Counted from the stretch's first letter, positions 1 through 10,102 are shown. The stretch: DNA of 49,871 bases from Promethearchaeota archaeon (GCA_014728035.1 WJMJ01000080.1:1-49871), one strand, 5' to 3'. Translations and numbers: made by a program. The notes: generated from the letters alone by a model not told the origin.

Positions 1-132
1 AAACGGTACTGGAACTGGCTCGGTCCTGGTCAGGGATCCTGTGTCTGTAGACCAAATCTCTATTCCAGATCACTCCATATAAACTCCTATCAGATCTTGT
101 CCAACAATGTCCAAGTTTTCAGTAGCTGATTG

Positions 133-918
133 CTACCCATACATTTCTCGTGCTATTCCCCATTCACCAACAGCAAGATTTCCTAAGTATCCCGTTGCAG
201 CAGTATGAAAGAAGTAGATAAGAAGCATCCCACTTGTGACAATCCAAAAATTCCGTCCTAAATTATTGAAGGATATAATTGGCCCCTCCCGAGCTTTGTC
301 CGAGGTTTCAGAAGCCAGTGATTCGCTAACGTACCTGTTAGTAATAAATAAGGTAAAGATTGTCATGAAACCTGCAAGCAAGTGTAATTGACTGGATGTA
401 TATCCATTGTTAAGAAGTAATGAAGCAAATATTGGACTTAGTCCATCCATTAAGAATGCTGGGAGTAATATCATTGTGAATGTTCTTGCTGAATTTTTGC
501 CTCTATCAACAGCAACAGCATCGGCAGGAATCGCACGTGATACAACGATAATCATACTCCAACCAAACATAATGATTGGAAATTCTATCAGCAGAAAAGG
601 CCATACAGGAAAAATGGAGAGGATGCCCAGACCTATCCCATACGGGATGAATGACACCAATAACGTCCTTTTTCTTCCAATAATATCAGAAAGAATACCT
701 GCAACTTGATAACCAAGTAAACTAACAAAGGTTCCTGCTCCAAGAACAAGACCCATCTGCCATGGAACGATGATGGTTTCTAGAAATATACTGAATTCCC
801 AATACCATAGACTAATCGAAAACTGTGCAAAACCAACCGCAATTGCAACTCTCCACAGTTCCATCTTTAGACCTAGGATTCTTTTCTGTGGAGGTTCTCC
901 CAAAGAACGCTCTTTCAT
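133..918 (-). pseudogene. MFS transporter, C-terminally truncated (about 7 of 12 TM helices)
   Basis: MFS motif A (GILSDIIGRKRTLL) and hydrophobic helices. Stops at TAG after 261 aa (typical MFS ~400 aa). The frame beyond the TAG (QSATENLDIVGQDLIGVYME*) is not MFS-like. Confidence 0.7.
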
Positions 919-1142
919 TGCAACTCTTGATACTTTTCAAAGATATGACATATTCTATTGGAGCAGAACAATCTCTTTTTCAATTAATAATAAAATGTGT
1001 GTCCGAAGATTGATCCGATGCAGCTAAAAAATGATGTTATTAGTATCTGGAGAGATGTAACATATGAGTTATGAGTGAAAGACAAGTTGAATTCGAATAT
1101 CTACAGAACCACACAAGCTTAAAGTATACAATATAATCTTAA

Positions 1143-3185
1143 TTGCGTGAAAACTTCGGGGCCATAAATTTGATTGTAATGGATGAAAAAGACCTGAACC
1201 TCAATCGCGCAGTCACATTTGAATGGCTGTACACAAACGGTTTGGGTGGGTATTCTTCTTCTACGATTGTTGGTCTTAATACTCGAGGATATCATGGTTT
1301 ACTGGTTGGTTCTCTTAGCCCTCCAGTTGATCGTTGGCTTACTCTTTCACGAGTTGATGAAGTCGTAGCAACCTCCGAAGGTGACACAAATCTAAGTACT
1401 GAGCATACTACCAAAGGTGTGACTCATAGAGGATATAGATTGTTAGAACGGTTCGAATTGAATCCTCTCCCTCAGATGAGATATTGTACTGAAGGGATAG
1501 CTGTTGAAAAGACTGTATTCATGGCGTATGGTCGGAATATCACTATTGTCAACTACGAGTTAGAAACCGAGGAAGATACAGTATTCACAGTAACCCCATT
1601 ACAGACTTGTCGTCCGCTTCATGATAGACCTCCAAAATTAGATTTTCAACCAAAGACCGAGGTTATTGACAATCACTCATATTTCTCACTTAATGAGGAA
1701 GGCGATAGACCCGTATTTTGGGCGTATACCCCAGATGCAGAATTCATGGCTTCAGAGATCAGAAAGACTAGACAGCAGATTTATCGTAAAGAAAAAGCTC
1801 AAGGCCTGAAACATAAAGAAGAGCTCTTTATCCCTGGTGTTTTCCACACTGTTCTAGAACCAGGAAGTCATTTTCTTTCATTTCTCTTTGCGATGGGATC
1901 ATCAAAGAAAGAACTGCTGGATAATCTTGGAAGACTGGTCAACGCAAGACGCAAGGATGTTGCAAAACTCAGATTTGAAGAACTTAGACGCCGTAAGATT
2001 CTCTTTGACCGTGCTTTCAATCTATCAGAGCGTCCAAGAAATCAGGATATCGAATGGTTGTTACTTGATGCAGATTCTTTCATTGTTGATAGAGTTTCAA
2101 CAAGGATGCGGTCAATCATAGCAGGATATCACAGCCTTGAAGACATTGGTTATGATGCAATGGTTTCTCTCCCGGGTCTCACATTATCAATTGGTCGCTT
2201 TGCTGATGCAAGAGATATCCTAACAACATATGCAAGGCATTCGCGATACGGTCTCATCGCCAATGACTTTCCTGACACAGGAATTCAACCTGAATACGAT
2301 AGCGTTGATTCTTCCTTGTGGTTCATTCTTGGGGTAAAGAAATACATAGACGCTACAGACGACAAAGAATTTCTGAAGGGAATCATATGGGATACAATTG
2401 ATTCAATTCTTAGAGCTTTTCGCATTGGAACCAAATACAACATCCATGAAGATGTAGATGGCTTGATCCATTCGGGAATCGAATCGGTGGAGGTATCGTG
2501 GATGAATGAATCAGTTGGTGGTTGGCATGCAACTCCTCGAATTGGAAAATGTGTTGAAGTGAATGCACTCTGGTTCAATGCACTAATGGCGGCAGGAGAC
2601 CTTGCAGAATACATGGGCAAGGATCCCTCAATATACAGAGCAATCGGTTTCTGGGTTCGAGAAGCTTTCAATACCACGTTCTGGAATGAAGAATTGAAAT
2701 GTCTTTACGATGTTGTTACAGATGAGAAAAATGACGATTCAATTCGTCCCAACCAAATATTCGCATTAAGTCTTCCCTATCCTCTCGTTGAAAAAGATCG
2801 CTCGAAGAGAATCCTCAAATTAGTTCGAAATCATCTTGTTACTCCATTTGGATTAAGAACTCTCTCTCCTAAAGATAAGAGATATACTCGTCAGCACACT
2901 GGAGGCCCAAGAAGTAGAGCAGGAGCCACTCATCAAGGCACTGTTCATCCCTGGCTTATCGGTCCCTTCATCTCAGCATTTCTGTCTGTAATGGGACGAA
3001 CTGAGAAGAATCGGTACATTGCAGAAAGGAGATTCTTTCAGCCAGTTCTTGACACGATCAGACACGGATGTCTAGGAACCGTGTCGGGTATGTTTGATGG
3101 TTCAAAACCTCATCGCGACCGAGGTGTTGTTTCTCGAGCAAGAAATGTAGCAGAGCTCCTCAGAGTGTATTTCGAAGAACTTTGA
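1143..3185 (+). CDS. Glycogen debranching enzyme-like protein (amylo-alpha-1,6-glucosidase, GDE N + C domains), catalytic motifs degenerate; likely start ATG 1179
   Basis: EWLYTNGLGGYSSST, TRGYHGLL, SIIAGY, GKCVEVNALWFNAL, IRPNQIFALSL, TPFGLRTLSP, HQGTVHPWLIGPF. Confidence 0.85.
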   Translation: MRENFGAINLIVMDEKDLNLNRAVTFEWLYTNGLGGYSSSTIVGLNTRGYHGLLVGSLSPPVDRWLTLSRVDEVVATSEGDTNLSTEHTTKGVTHRGYRLLERFELNPLPQMRYCTEGIAVEKTVFMAYGRNITIVNYELETEEDTVFTVTPLQTCRPLHDRPPKLDFQPKTEVIDNHSYFSLNEEGDRPVFWAYTPDAEFMASEIRKTRQQIYRKEKAQGLKHKEELFIPGVFHTVLEPGSHFLSFLFAMGSSKKELLDNLGRLVNARRKDVAKLRFEELRRRKILFDRAFNLSERPRNQDIEWLLLDADSFIVDRVSTRMRSIIAGYHSLEDIGYDAMVSLPGLTLSIGRFADARDILTTYARHSRYGLIANDFPDTGIQPEYDSVDSSLWFILGVKKYIDATDDKEFLKGIIWDTIDSILRAFRIGTKYNIHEDVDGLIHSGIESVEVSWMNESVGGWHATPRIGKCVEVNALWFNALMAAGDLAEYMGKDPSIYRAIGFWVREAFNTTFWNEELKCLYDVVTDEKNDDSIRPNQIFALSLPYPLVEKDRSKRILKLVRNHLVTPFGLRTLSPKDKRYTRQHTGGPRSRAGATHQGTVHPWLIGPFISAFLSVMGRTEKNRYIAERRFFQPVLDTIRHGCLGTVSGMFDGSKPHRDRGVVSRARNVAELLRVYFEEL

Positions 3186-3250
3186 TATTGCACATCTCTA
3201 CCGCTAGAGTATTGCTTATTTGCCCCTATCTGCTTTCTTAGCTAGATTCA

Positions 3251-4243
3251 ATGATGATTGAAACCACAGAACTGTCTGGAGTATACAAAATTTCTGTGCC
3301 TACTCCTTTTCCTGTTGGTGCGGTCAATTGTTACGTCATTGAAGGTGAACCACTAACATTGATAGATGTTGGTCCAAAGACAGAAGAGGCAGTGGTAACC
3401 CTCCGAAATAGATTAGATTTACTAGGCTTTGATTTTTCGGATATTGAGCAGATTCTGATAACACACGGACATATCGATCATGCTGGACTCACAGCTAGTA
3501 TTCTCGAAAACTCAGGAGCTGCTAAACCAGTAATTCGAATTCATTCACGTGATGCTGAAAGAATCTTAGATAATGACGGCTACATAAATAGAAGAATGAA
3601 AGCATATCTGGACATTGTCAAGAGTTCTGGAGTTCCCAATGAGTTCTATTCATACTATAATCATGAACGTCTAGTTCGGTATTTCAGTCCGCTGGGAGCC
3701 TCGGTGAAATCAGTTACGAATATTTCACATGGGGATACAATTGAGACTGGTATAGGATTTCTTGAGGTTCATCATACCCCAGGACACTCCATGGGTTCAG
3801 TCTGCTATTTGCATCATGAAAGTAATACAATGTTTTCTGGCGATACCCTTCTCAAAGATATTAGTTCTAATCCCAGTCTTTCATTTGATGAAAATGAGCT
3901 ATCACTCTCTTTCTATTTACGGTCTCTGGAGAGTTTACAACCTTGGGACCATTACACCGTTCTTCCTGGTCATCGCCATAGCATAGACAAAGCTTCACAA
4001 CGAATTGAAGAGTTACAACGGGACTATCATCAGAAGCGTGATGTAGTTCTGGGACTGATTGATACCTCACCTCATACAGTGTATCAGGTATCACGAATGT
4101 TATTTGGTGAATATCCAGTAGAATCCATGGTCTTGGCTCTAGCTGAAACTCGTGATTATATACGGATACTAGAAAAGGATAGAACTGATATCATAATCAA
4201 CGAAGTTAATGGTGTTTACACCGTGTCACGAACCTATGTATGA
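3251..4243 (+). CDS. MBL-fold metallo-hydrolase
   Basis: THGHIDH, TPGHS, FSGD and LPGH metal-binding motifs. Confidence 0.9.
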   Translation: MMIETTELSGVYKISVPTPFPVGAVNCYVIEGEPLTLIDVGPKTEEAVVTLRNRLDLLGFDFSDIEQILITHGHIDHAGLTASILENSGAAKPVIRIHSRDAERILDNDGYINRRMKAYLDIVKSSGVPNEFYSYYNHERLVRYFSPLGASVKSVTNISHGDTIETGIGFLEVHHTPGHSMGSVCYLHHESNTMFSGDTLLKDISSNPSLSFDENELSLSFYLRSLESLQPWDHYTVLPGHRHSIDKASQRIEELQRDYHQKRDVVLGLIDTSPHTVYQVSRMLFGEYPVESMVLALAETRDYIRILEKDRTDIIINEVNGVYTVSRTYV

Positions 4244-4440
4244 ATCATACAGGTCTTTTATTAATACAAATATCTCATATTAGATTGCAGTTTGTTGGTA
4301 TGTCCATCAGAAAATATTAGGATTATACCTAACATGATTCACGCCAAATCCGCACATGGGAACACATACGATTACTCTCTTGAGAGTATATTCCATATGT
4401 CACATTCCAAAGCTGCGAGAATTTTGGTGAGGGGAACAAC

Positions 4441-7400
4441 ATGAAGAAAACACAGACAATTTTTATTATTGCGATGCTTCTGGCTAGTGTTACTGCCATA
4501 AGTGGGTTCGCTACAGCACAGTCTGGAGACCCATACGTACGGGTCATTTGGGAAACTGCTGACGAACTTCATGAATGGGAGAACGAAGCTGAAGAGTCAC
4601 AATGGATTTTTGGCCCGCAGCCAGACTTATGGATTGGTTATGCGGATAATCTCACATCAATAGGTGAGAACTTCTATCAGGCCGAACTTGAAACCGACTT
4701 ATTATTGAACATTACAATTCCAAAATCCTTCTTGGGTGAGGATAATGATTTGGATGTCATCCGGTTTTGGGGTTCTAAACAGATGGATCGTTCACCGATT
4801 TTTGTGATGGAATATAATGCTACAGCAGATAGCTGGTCATATTTCAGCTTTAGATATCAGCCAGGTCAGACCGAACCAGTTGAAGGTAACTTCTTGGTTC
4901 TTGATATAGCTGACTGCGAATATGAAGCTGAAGCAGACTATTACAAGGCAGTATTTGCATTCAAATTTGAAGGTCCGTTAGCACCTGGAATTTTCTGGAC
5001 TGGTATGCAAGCTGTTGATACAGATGGTAGACCCGTGACACCATCGTGGTTGAACAGGTTAACAACTGATGGTTTCCAATCACCTCCAATTGCAGTTGGA
5101 ATGAATGTTAATCCTACTCAGTTTGAATTACCAAAGTATTACTTTGCAGATATGATTGACCCATCTGGTGATGTAATTCACTATATTGGTGACAATGATA
5201 CTTTTATTGTTCGTTTACAGGCGGGTGTGGAAATTGTAGATACTCTAATTCCATTCTCTTTCTTGACTTTCAATGAAAGCTATCAACAGACAATCAGTTA
5301 TGACCAACCCATTAACTGGCCAGCAACAATGTACGAGGCCAATCCTCCAATGGAAACTATAGAATACGATGTTGGACCAATGATGTTCTTGATTCACAAT
5401 GAAACTGGAACATTTATCGAAGCAGGTTATCCTGATGTCGAATTCTACTGGCAAGAACTTGCTGAAGGCATAGGCGCTTGGCTTGTTAATTTCACTATTG
5501 CACGCAACTCAACAGTATCTAATGCTGAATTTCTCAGTAACTATTTTGTAACTAATAGTACTTACACTGGTTCCTTCAATGCTGGAACGAAATTGCAGTG
5601 GAGTGGCTATTATACTAATAACACCGACATGGACTTTGATCCACTCAAAACTGGTGCAGTTATTCGTCCTGAATTGGGACTTTGTAATGTACTTGGACCA
5701 AATGGTGAGAGGCTCAATCCTCACCCAGACATTCAACGTCGTGAAACCTTCAAGCTAGCTTACAAGGCTGCATTCATTGAAGCTTTTGTTTACGATGAGC
5801 TTGGTGGTGTTGCTAATACAGCAATGCAAGGTGATGTTCTAAGTCTTAACTTCACAATCCATCAACCATCCGAATTGGTCAATGGCTCACGTATTATCTA
5901 TGACCATGATAACTTGGATTGGAAAATTGAAGAGCTGTTAGCAAACTTCACAGTGCAAACATCAGGAACTGGTTTCGGTGAGAATGATACTCACTACTGG
6001 AATACTGCAACAACTTACAATTTTACCATTGATTTCATCAATGACACGATATCTAGTTGGACCGCGAACTTCAAGTTCACCAGAGAGAAAGGTACTGGTA
6101 CTCTTGTTGATATCGACGTAGAGGTTACCAACTATTGGACCATCCACGATTACGAAATTGAGATTGGACCAGAATCTACCCATCTATGGGTTAATATCAC
6201 ATTCAGTGAAAATGCTCCAGATATGATTCTAACCGAGAGTCATGTAGCTGTTACTCAAATTGAAAACGTCTACTATGAGTCTGGTGGGACTTGGTATCAG
6301 GAGTATCCTATTGGAAATCCGATTGATGATTGGATTGACCAGATCAAGACCCTTGACCTATCTGGTGATACTATCTGGAGTCCTGGACACTTCCGACTTG
6401 GTGATGTCAGCATTTGGGTTCCACCCGCATGGACAGTTACAGACAATGGTGCGATTGATCTTGATGGAAATGTATACACAACCGAAGATCAATACTTCAT
6501 TAAGAGAACTGGATATTGGCATGATTGGGGTAATACTACTGTTGAAGGAATGAGTGTAATAGCTGGTTTTGATCCTTCACCCGGACAAAATGGTGACGAG
6601 TTTGTTTCCAACAGCTGGATGGGTGCAGTCTCAATGATAATGGAATTCGAAGCTAACGAATCGTTCTATTGGTATCATGCTAGTGACTTCTCACCTGTGA
6701 ACGAAACAGAATTATCCGAGATTCAAGAACTTCTTTGGAACAATATTACTCAACACATTCCAGCTCCTGAGTATCTCCACGTTGCATGGATGTCGGAGAA
6801 CAGAACGTTGGACTTGAGTGAGATTACAGGACTTGAGGACAATTTATGGACCAATACGTGGTTTGCATGGGGTACACAACAATGGTTCAGTGTCGCGACA
6901 AGTGCAACACAGAAAAAAGTAGCATCATTTAGAGCTGAATATGCAGGACTGCTGGTATTCAATGATATTGATCCTGTTGGTCCTGAAGAACCTAATGAAG
7001 CTCCTGATTTTGATTTCAATGAAGGTTTGATTGAGACCGATGAGGTAACTCACGTTGTCTTGATTGATGATATTGAATCAATAGAACTTAGACAACCATT
7101 TGGTGCCACTAATGGTACGGGTGATGTAATAGTTGATCCTGATACTGAAGTTGAATTTGGTATCTCTATCTACAATGTGTCAGTTAGCATGTATCCTCTC
7201 CAGATTGAGAATGGCGAGGGTATCAGAGGCCCATGGCACTTCAGACAATCATATGAAGGTGTTCTTGGTCTAAACTCAACTAACTTCGACTACTGGATTA
7301 CTCATGCTACAATTGATGAGATGGCTTTCGACATTACTTTCAGTGTCGACCAAACACAATACGATCCGGATGATGATACAACCTGGAACCATGCTGTTTC

Positions 7401-8010
7401 ATTTAAGATTGACCAGTACTTCGGAGAATGGAACCTAACAGAGTTTGATAATAGTGTACTCAATGACCGTGGTCTTGCAGTTAACTTCTTCGCAACTCTT
7501 GGAACTGGAACCAGGACTCAGTATCAAGCTGGCTCAACACCAGTAACAGACACCAACGATGATAGTGTTTCAGCAGATTACTATCAGTTTGGTTCTGAGA
7601 ATAACCCATTCGCAAATGTGTCGATGGGTGGTCTACCATATACCTATGGTGGAGATGGTCACTCAACTACATACTATTCTGGCTCATCGACAGTTCCTGT
7701 TGGTGCATTCAGTGCTATGTATGAATCTAGCTCGGGTGATACTATAACCAATTGGAAAGTAGATGCAACTATGCTCTTTATGACTGCTGGTTATACACAC
7801 TGGGGTGGAGAGGAAATTATTTGTGATCCTGTGTTTGTTTCATACAGCAGTTCACAATACTCTGGGTCCTCTACATCAACAACTAGTACGACAACCTCGA
7901 CTACAACAACTGGTACAGGAAATCCAGTCAATGGAAACCTATACATACTAGTAGGTGGAGCGGTGTTAGCACTGGTTATTATAATGGTTATTTCCAGAAG
8001 ACGACGGTAG
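4441..8010 (+). CDS. Large secreted, C-terminally anchored cell-surface (S-layer-like) glycoprotein
   Basis: Signal peptide; acidic beta-rich body with many NxS/T sequons; Ser/Thr linker (STSTTSTTTSTTTTG); TM helix then RRRR; strong GGTGAGGGG SD. Confidence 0.8.
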   Translation: MKKTQTIFIIAMLLASVTAISGFATAQSGDPYVRVIWETADELHEWENEAEESQWIFGPQPDLWIGYADNLTSIGENFYQAELETDLLLNITIPKSFLGEDNDLDVIRFWGSKQMDRSPIFVMEYNATADSWSYFSFRYQPGQTEPVEGNFLVLDIADCEYEAEADYYKAVFAFKFEGPLAPGIFWTGMQAVDTDGRPVTPSWLNRLTTDGFQSPPIAVGMNVNPTQFELPKYYFADMIDPSGDVIHYIGDNDTFIVRLQAGVEIVDTLIPFSFLTFNESYQQTISYDQPINWPATMYEANPPMETIEYDVGPMMFLIHNETGTFIEAGYPDVEFYWQELAEGIGAWLVNFTIARNSTVSNAEFLSNYFVTNSTYTGSFNAGTKLQWSGYYTNNTDMDFDPLKTGAVIRPELGLCNVLGPNGERLNPHPDIQRRETFKLAYKAAFIEAFVYDELGGVANTAMQGDVLSLNFTIHQPSELVNGSRIIYDHDNLDWKIEELLANFTVQTSGTGFGENDTHYWNTATTYNFTIDFINDTISSWTANFKFTREKGTGTLVDIDVEVTNYWTIHDYEIEIGPESTHLWVNITFSENAPDMILTESHVAVTQIENVYYESGGTWYQEYPIGNPIDDWIDQIKTLDLSGDTIWSPGHFRLGDVSIWVPPAWTVTDNGAIDLDGNVYTTEDQYFIKRTGYWHDWGNTTVEGMSVIAGFDPSPGQNGDEFVSNSWMGAVSMIMEFEANESFYWYHASDFSPVNETELSEIQELLWNNITQHIPAPEYLHVAWMSENRTLDLSEITGLEDNLWTNTWFAWGTQQWFSVATSATQKKVASFRAEYAGLLVFNDIDPVGPEEPNEAPDFDFNEGLIETDEVTHVVLIDDIESIELRQPFGATNGTGDVIVDPDTEVEFGISIYNVSVSMYPLQIENGEGIRGPWHFRQSYEGVLGLNSTNFDYWITHATIDEMAFDITFSVDQTQYDPDDDTTWNHAVSFKIDQYFGEWNLTEFDNSVLNDRGLAVNFFATLGTGTRTQYQAGSTPVTDTNDDSVSADYYQFGSENNPFANVSMGGLPYTYGGDGHSTTYYSGSSTVPVGAFSAMYESSSGDTITNWKVDATMLFMTAGYTHWGGEEIICDPVFVSYSSSQYSGSSTSTTSTTTSTTTTGTGNPVNGNLYILVGGAVLALVIIMVISRRRR

Positions 8011-8018
8011 AACAAACT

Positions 8019-8077
8019 ATGAGATTTCAGCTCCTGTGGGTTTACCACAAGCTGATTTCTCTCATTCTCTTTTTTTT
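8019..8077 (+). terminator. Hairpin plus T-tract between convergent genes
   Basis: GAGA-TT-TCAGCT-CC-TGTGG/GTTTA/CCACA-AGCTGA-TT-TCTC followed by a T run. Confidence 0.6.
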
Positions 8078-8735
8078 ACAATTCACTTAATTGTTTTATA
8101 ATATCATCAGGGAGAACATCACGCATAGTAACTGGTTCAATGAGAAAACTATAATCTGGTGACATGACAAGAGACCAACTCTTGCCAGAGAATTCATAGG
8201 CAGCACAGGATGCATAACTATTCATTAACCATTGACTGGCAATTGAAAAATTCCCGGTAACTTGAGCGTGAAATAATGTGCTGATTAGAGGGCTAGTCAC
8301 AAATGCAATGCTATCCCCAATATGTTTTGGAGCTATTTTATTTGCACATTCAGTTAATCTTCTAGAGGCATTATTGATTGATTCCATTTTATTGGGACTA
8401 TGATCAAAGTCCTCTAGCATCTTGGTAATTTCTGAGAGAAACTTCTCTTCTCTTGACCCTTTCAAATCCATTAAGCAATCACTCACTTCAATTTTAGCCA
8501 TGAACTCTGTTTTGAGAATCTGTGCTGATTTCATTGAAGGTTGATCTGGAGCTGTATAGATTTTTCTTACTCCAACTGCAATACGTGACCGTGCTAGATC
8601 CTGTATTGCTTGTTTTCCTTCTTCCGAGAGATTTTTTGATTCGAGAGAATCACAAGCTCCATGAGTGATTACGTACACCATTGTTTTTGGGACGAGTTTC
8701 TTTCCAGTATCTCGTTCTTGGATGAGGTCGAACAT
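8076..8735 (-). CDS. Histidine phosphatase (phosphoglycerate mutase-like) family protein, degenerate
   Basis: YVITHG (for RHG), LSEEGKQ, IYTAP, ESINNASRR; second His motif replaced (FVTSP). Confidence 0.7.
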   Translation of the reverse strand: MFDLIQERDTGKKLVPKTMVYVITHGACDSLESKNLSEEGKQAIQDLARSRIAVGVRKIYTAPDQPSMKSAQILKTEFMAKIEVSDCLMDLKGSREEKFLSEITKMLEDFDHSPNKMESINNASRRLTECANKIAPKHIGDSIAFVTSPLISTLFHAQVTGNFSIASQWLMNSYASCAAYEFSGKSWSLVMSPDYSFLIEPVTMRDVLPDDIIKQLSEL

Positions 8736-8865
8736 GATGAATCACCGTAACGGGTCTGATTGAAATGATACTCATATATTAGACTTCTCAACATGTTCAT
8801 GTCGAATATTCCTATTCAGAAAAACACTATAAGCTTTCAAAACGAAAGCAAGATGAGGCAAAGAC

Positions 8866-9552
8866 TTGAAGCTATCCATAAATAAAATCGGGAAGCTAGA
8901 TGGGAAGACATGTTTCATCTGCGGGAAGTACCTTCTCAATAATACAAGTGGAGATTTAGCTTACATTCGTTTAGGTAATGGACAATCAATGAAAGCAAAA
9001 CCAGACAAGTATTACTTGTTTCGCTGTCCAAAATGTTCACGTATTGGACACAAACGCTGCTGGTTCGACCATGGAGAGAAGAAGATAAAGAGAGGATGGT
9101 TCAAATCACCGGATTGGCAATTAGTTTGCCCAGGATGTGGAAGTGTCCTTTCAGATAAGCGTCCTGAAAAGATTGATTGGAAAGAGGGGTATCAAATTCC
9201 AGGCTATCCCGATCAGGAGTTATACGAACTTGTTGTTTCTGATGTATTCTCCTGGAAGGCAGGTTCAATGTTTAGTAAAGTAAGAACTGCAATTGGAAAC
9301 TTCTTCACCGCTGTTGGATTAGGCTCATTAACTAGCGAAGAGAATAAAGCAATTCGAGATGCTGCTGATAGAATTGGGAAGAAATTCCAACACATCTCTG
9401 AAAAAGTATTTCGACTTGAGATACCCGAAGGTAAGACTACTGATATTACCAGTCTCACATGTCAGAATTGTGGAGCTCCATTACCAGTTCCTGATCCTTT
9501 GGTTGAAGCTGTGGTCTGTGAACACTGCAACACTGCTCATCTTCTTCCTTAA
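8866..9552 (+). CDS. Zinc-finger protein: N-terminal C4-H-C3 (PHD/RING-variant-like) finger plus C-terminal zinc ribbon
   Basis: C16-x2-C19...C54-x2-C57-x4-H62-x2-C65...C88-x2-C91; C-terminal CQNC...CEHC. Confidence 0.7.
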   Translation: MKLSINKIGKLDGKTCFICGKYLLNNTSGDLAYIRLGNGQSMKAKPDKYYLFRCPKCSRIGHKRCWFDHGEKKIKRGWFKSPDWQLVCPGCGSVLSDKRPEKIDWKEGYQIPGYPDQELYELVVSDVFSWKAGSMFSKVRTAIGNFFTAVGLGSLTSEENKAIRDAADRIGKKFQHISEKVFRLEIPEGKTTDITSLTCQNCGAPLPVPDPLVEAVVCEHCNTAHLLP

Positions 9553-9595
9553 CGCGGAATCGTTGGCTAGAAAAGCGTAGAATCATTAATATGGT

Positions 9596-9946
9596 TTGAA
9601 GACGAAAACTGAAAGGAACTTGACCATGGAGGCATATAGAAAAGTGCCAGTATATCTTGAGTTTAATCCATCCACTTCACAATACCATGAAACTACGAAA
9701 ACAACAAGCGATGATTCTATTCTACTAGTCATAGATGAGGGGCAGAAAAAACTGATAATGTCTGTACCTGGAAATGTGTCTATGATTCAAAGACGTGCTG
9801 CTGAAAGGCAAGCAAGAGGAATCAAAAAGACAGGCTTCTTATGTAGTGATGGTGGTAGAGCTGGGCGCGATCATGAATTAGAAGTACTTGGTGAGGGTGG
9901 CAGACTACCCGAGAGGCTTCGTGAAAGTCCCAGAGAAGTCTACTGA
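9596..9946 (+). CDS. Small protein, possible single-domain gelsolin-like (Asgard type); likely start 9626 or 9644
   Basis: SDDSILLVIDEGQKKLIMSVPGNVSMIQRRAAERQARGI resembles the gelsolin core (strand-strand-G-x-x-S-long helix); recognised by eye only. Confidence 0.4.
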   Translation: MKTKTERNLTMEAYRKVPVYLEFNPSTSQYHETTKTTSDDSILLVIDEGQKKLIMSVPGNVSMIQRRAAERQARGIKKTGFLCSDGGRAGRDHELEVLGEGGRLPERLRESPREVY

Positions 9947-9958
9947 ACAACAAACTGA

Positions 9959-9996
9959 GGAGCCCTGACCTCGGGCTCTCCATTTCTATTTGATTT
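9959..9996 (+). terminator. Hairpin terminator
   Basis: GGAGCCC-TGACCTC-GGGCTCT followed by T-rich sequence, just after the 9946 stop. Confidence 0.5.
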
Positions 9997-10102
9997 TCGC
10001 GGGATATTTCCTACATCAGCTATTCATTTATCAATTCCACCTCTAAGTCATTGATGAAATATAGGCATTAATTAGTCGAGAGAACTTGATTAGAGAAATC
10101 TA

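Noticed and set aside
133-135. TAG in the MFS gene as pyrrolysine readthrough
   Set aside because: The downstream frame is not MFS-like and hits TGA after 20 codons.
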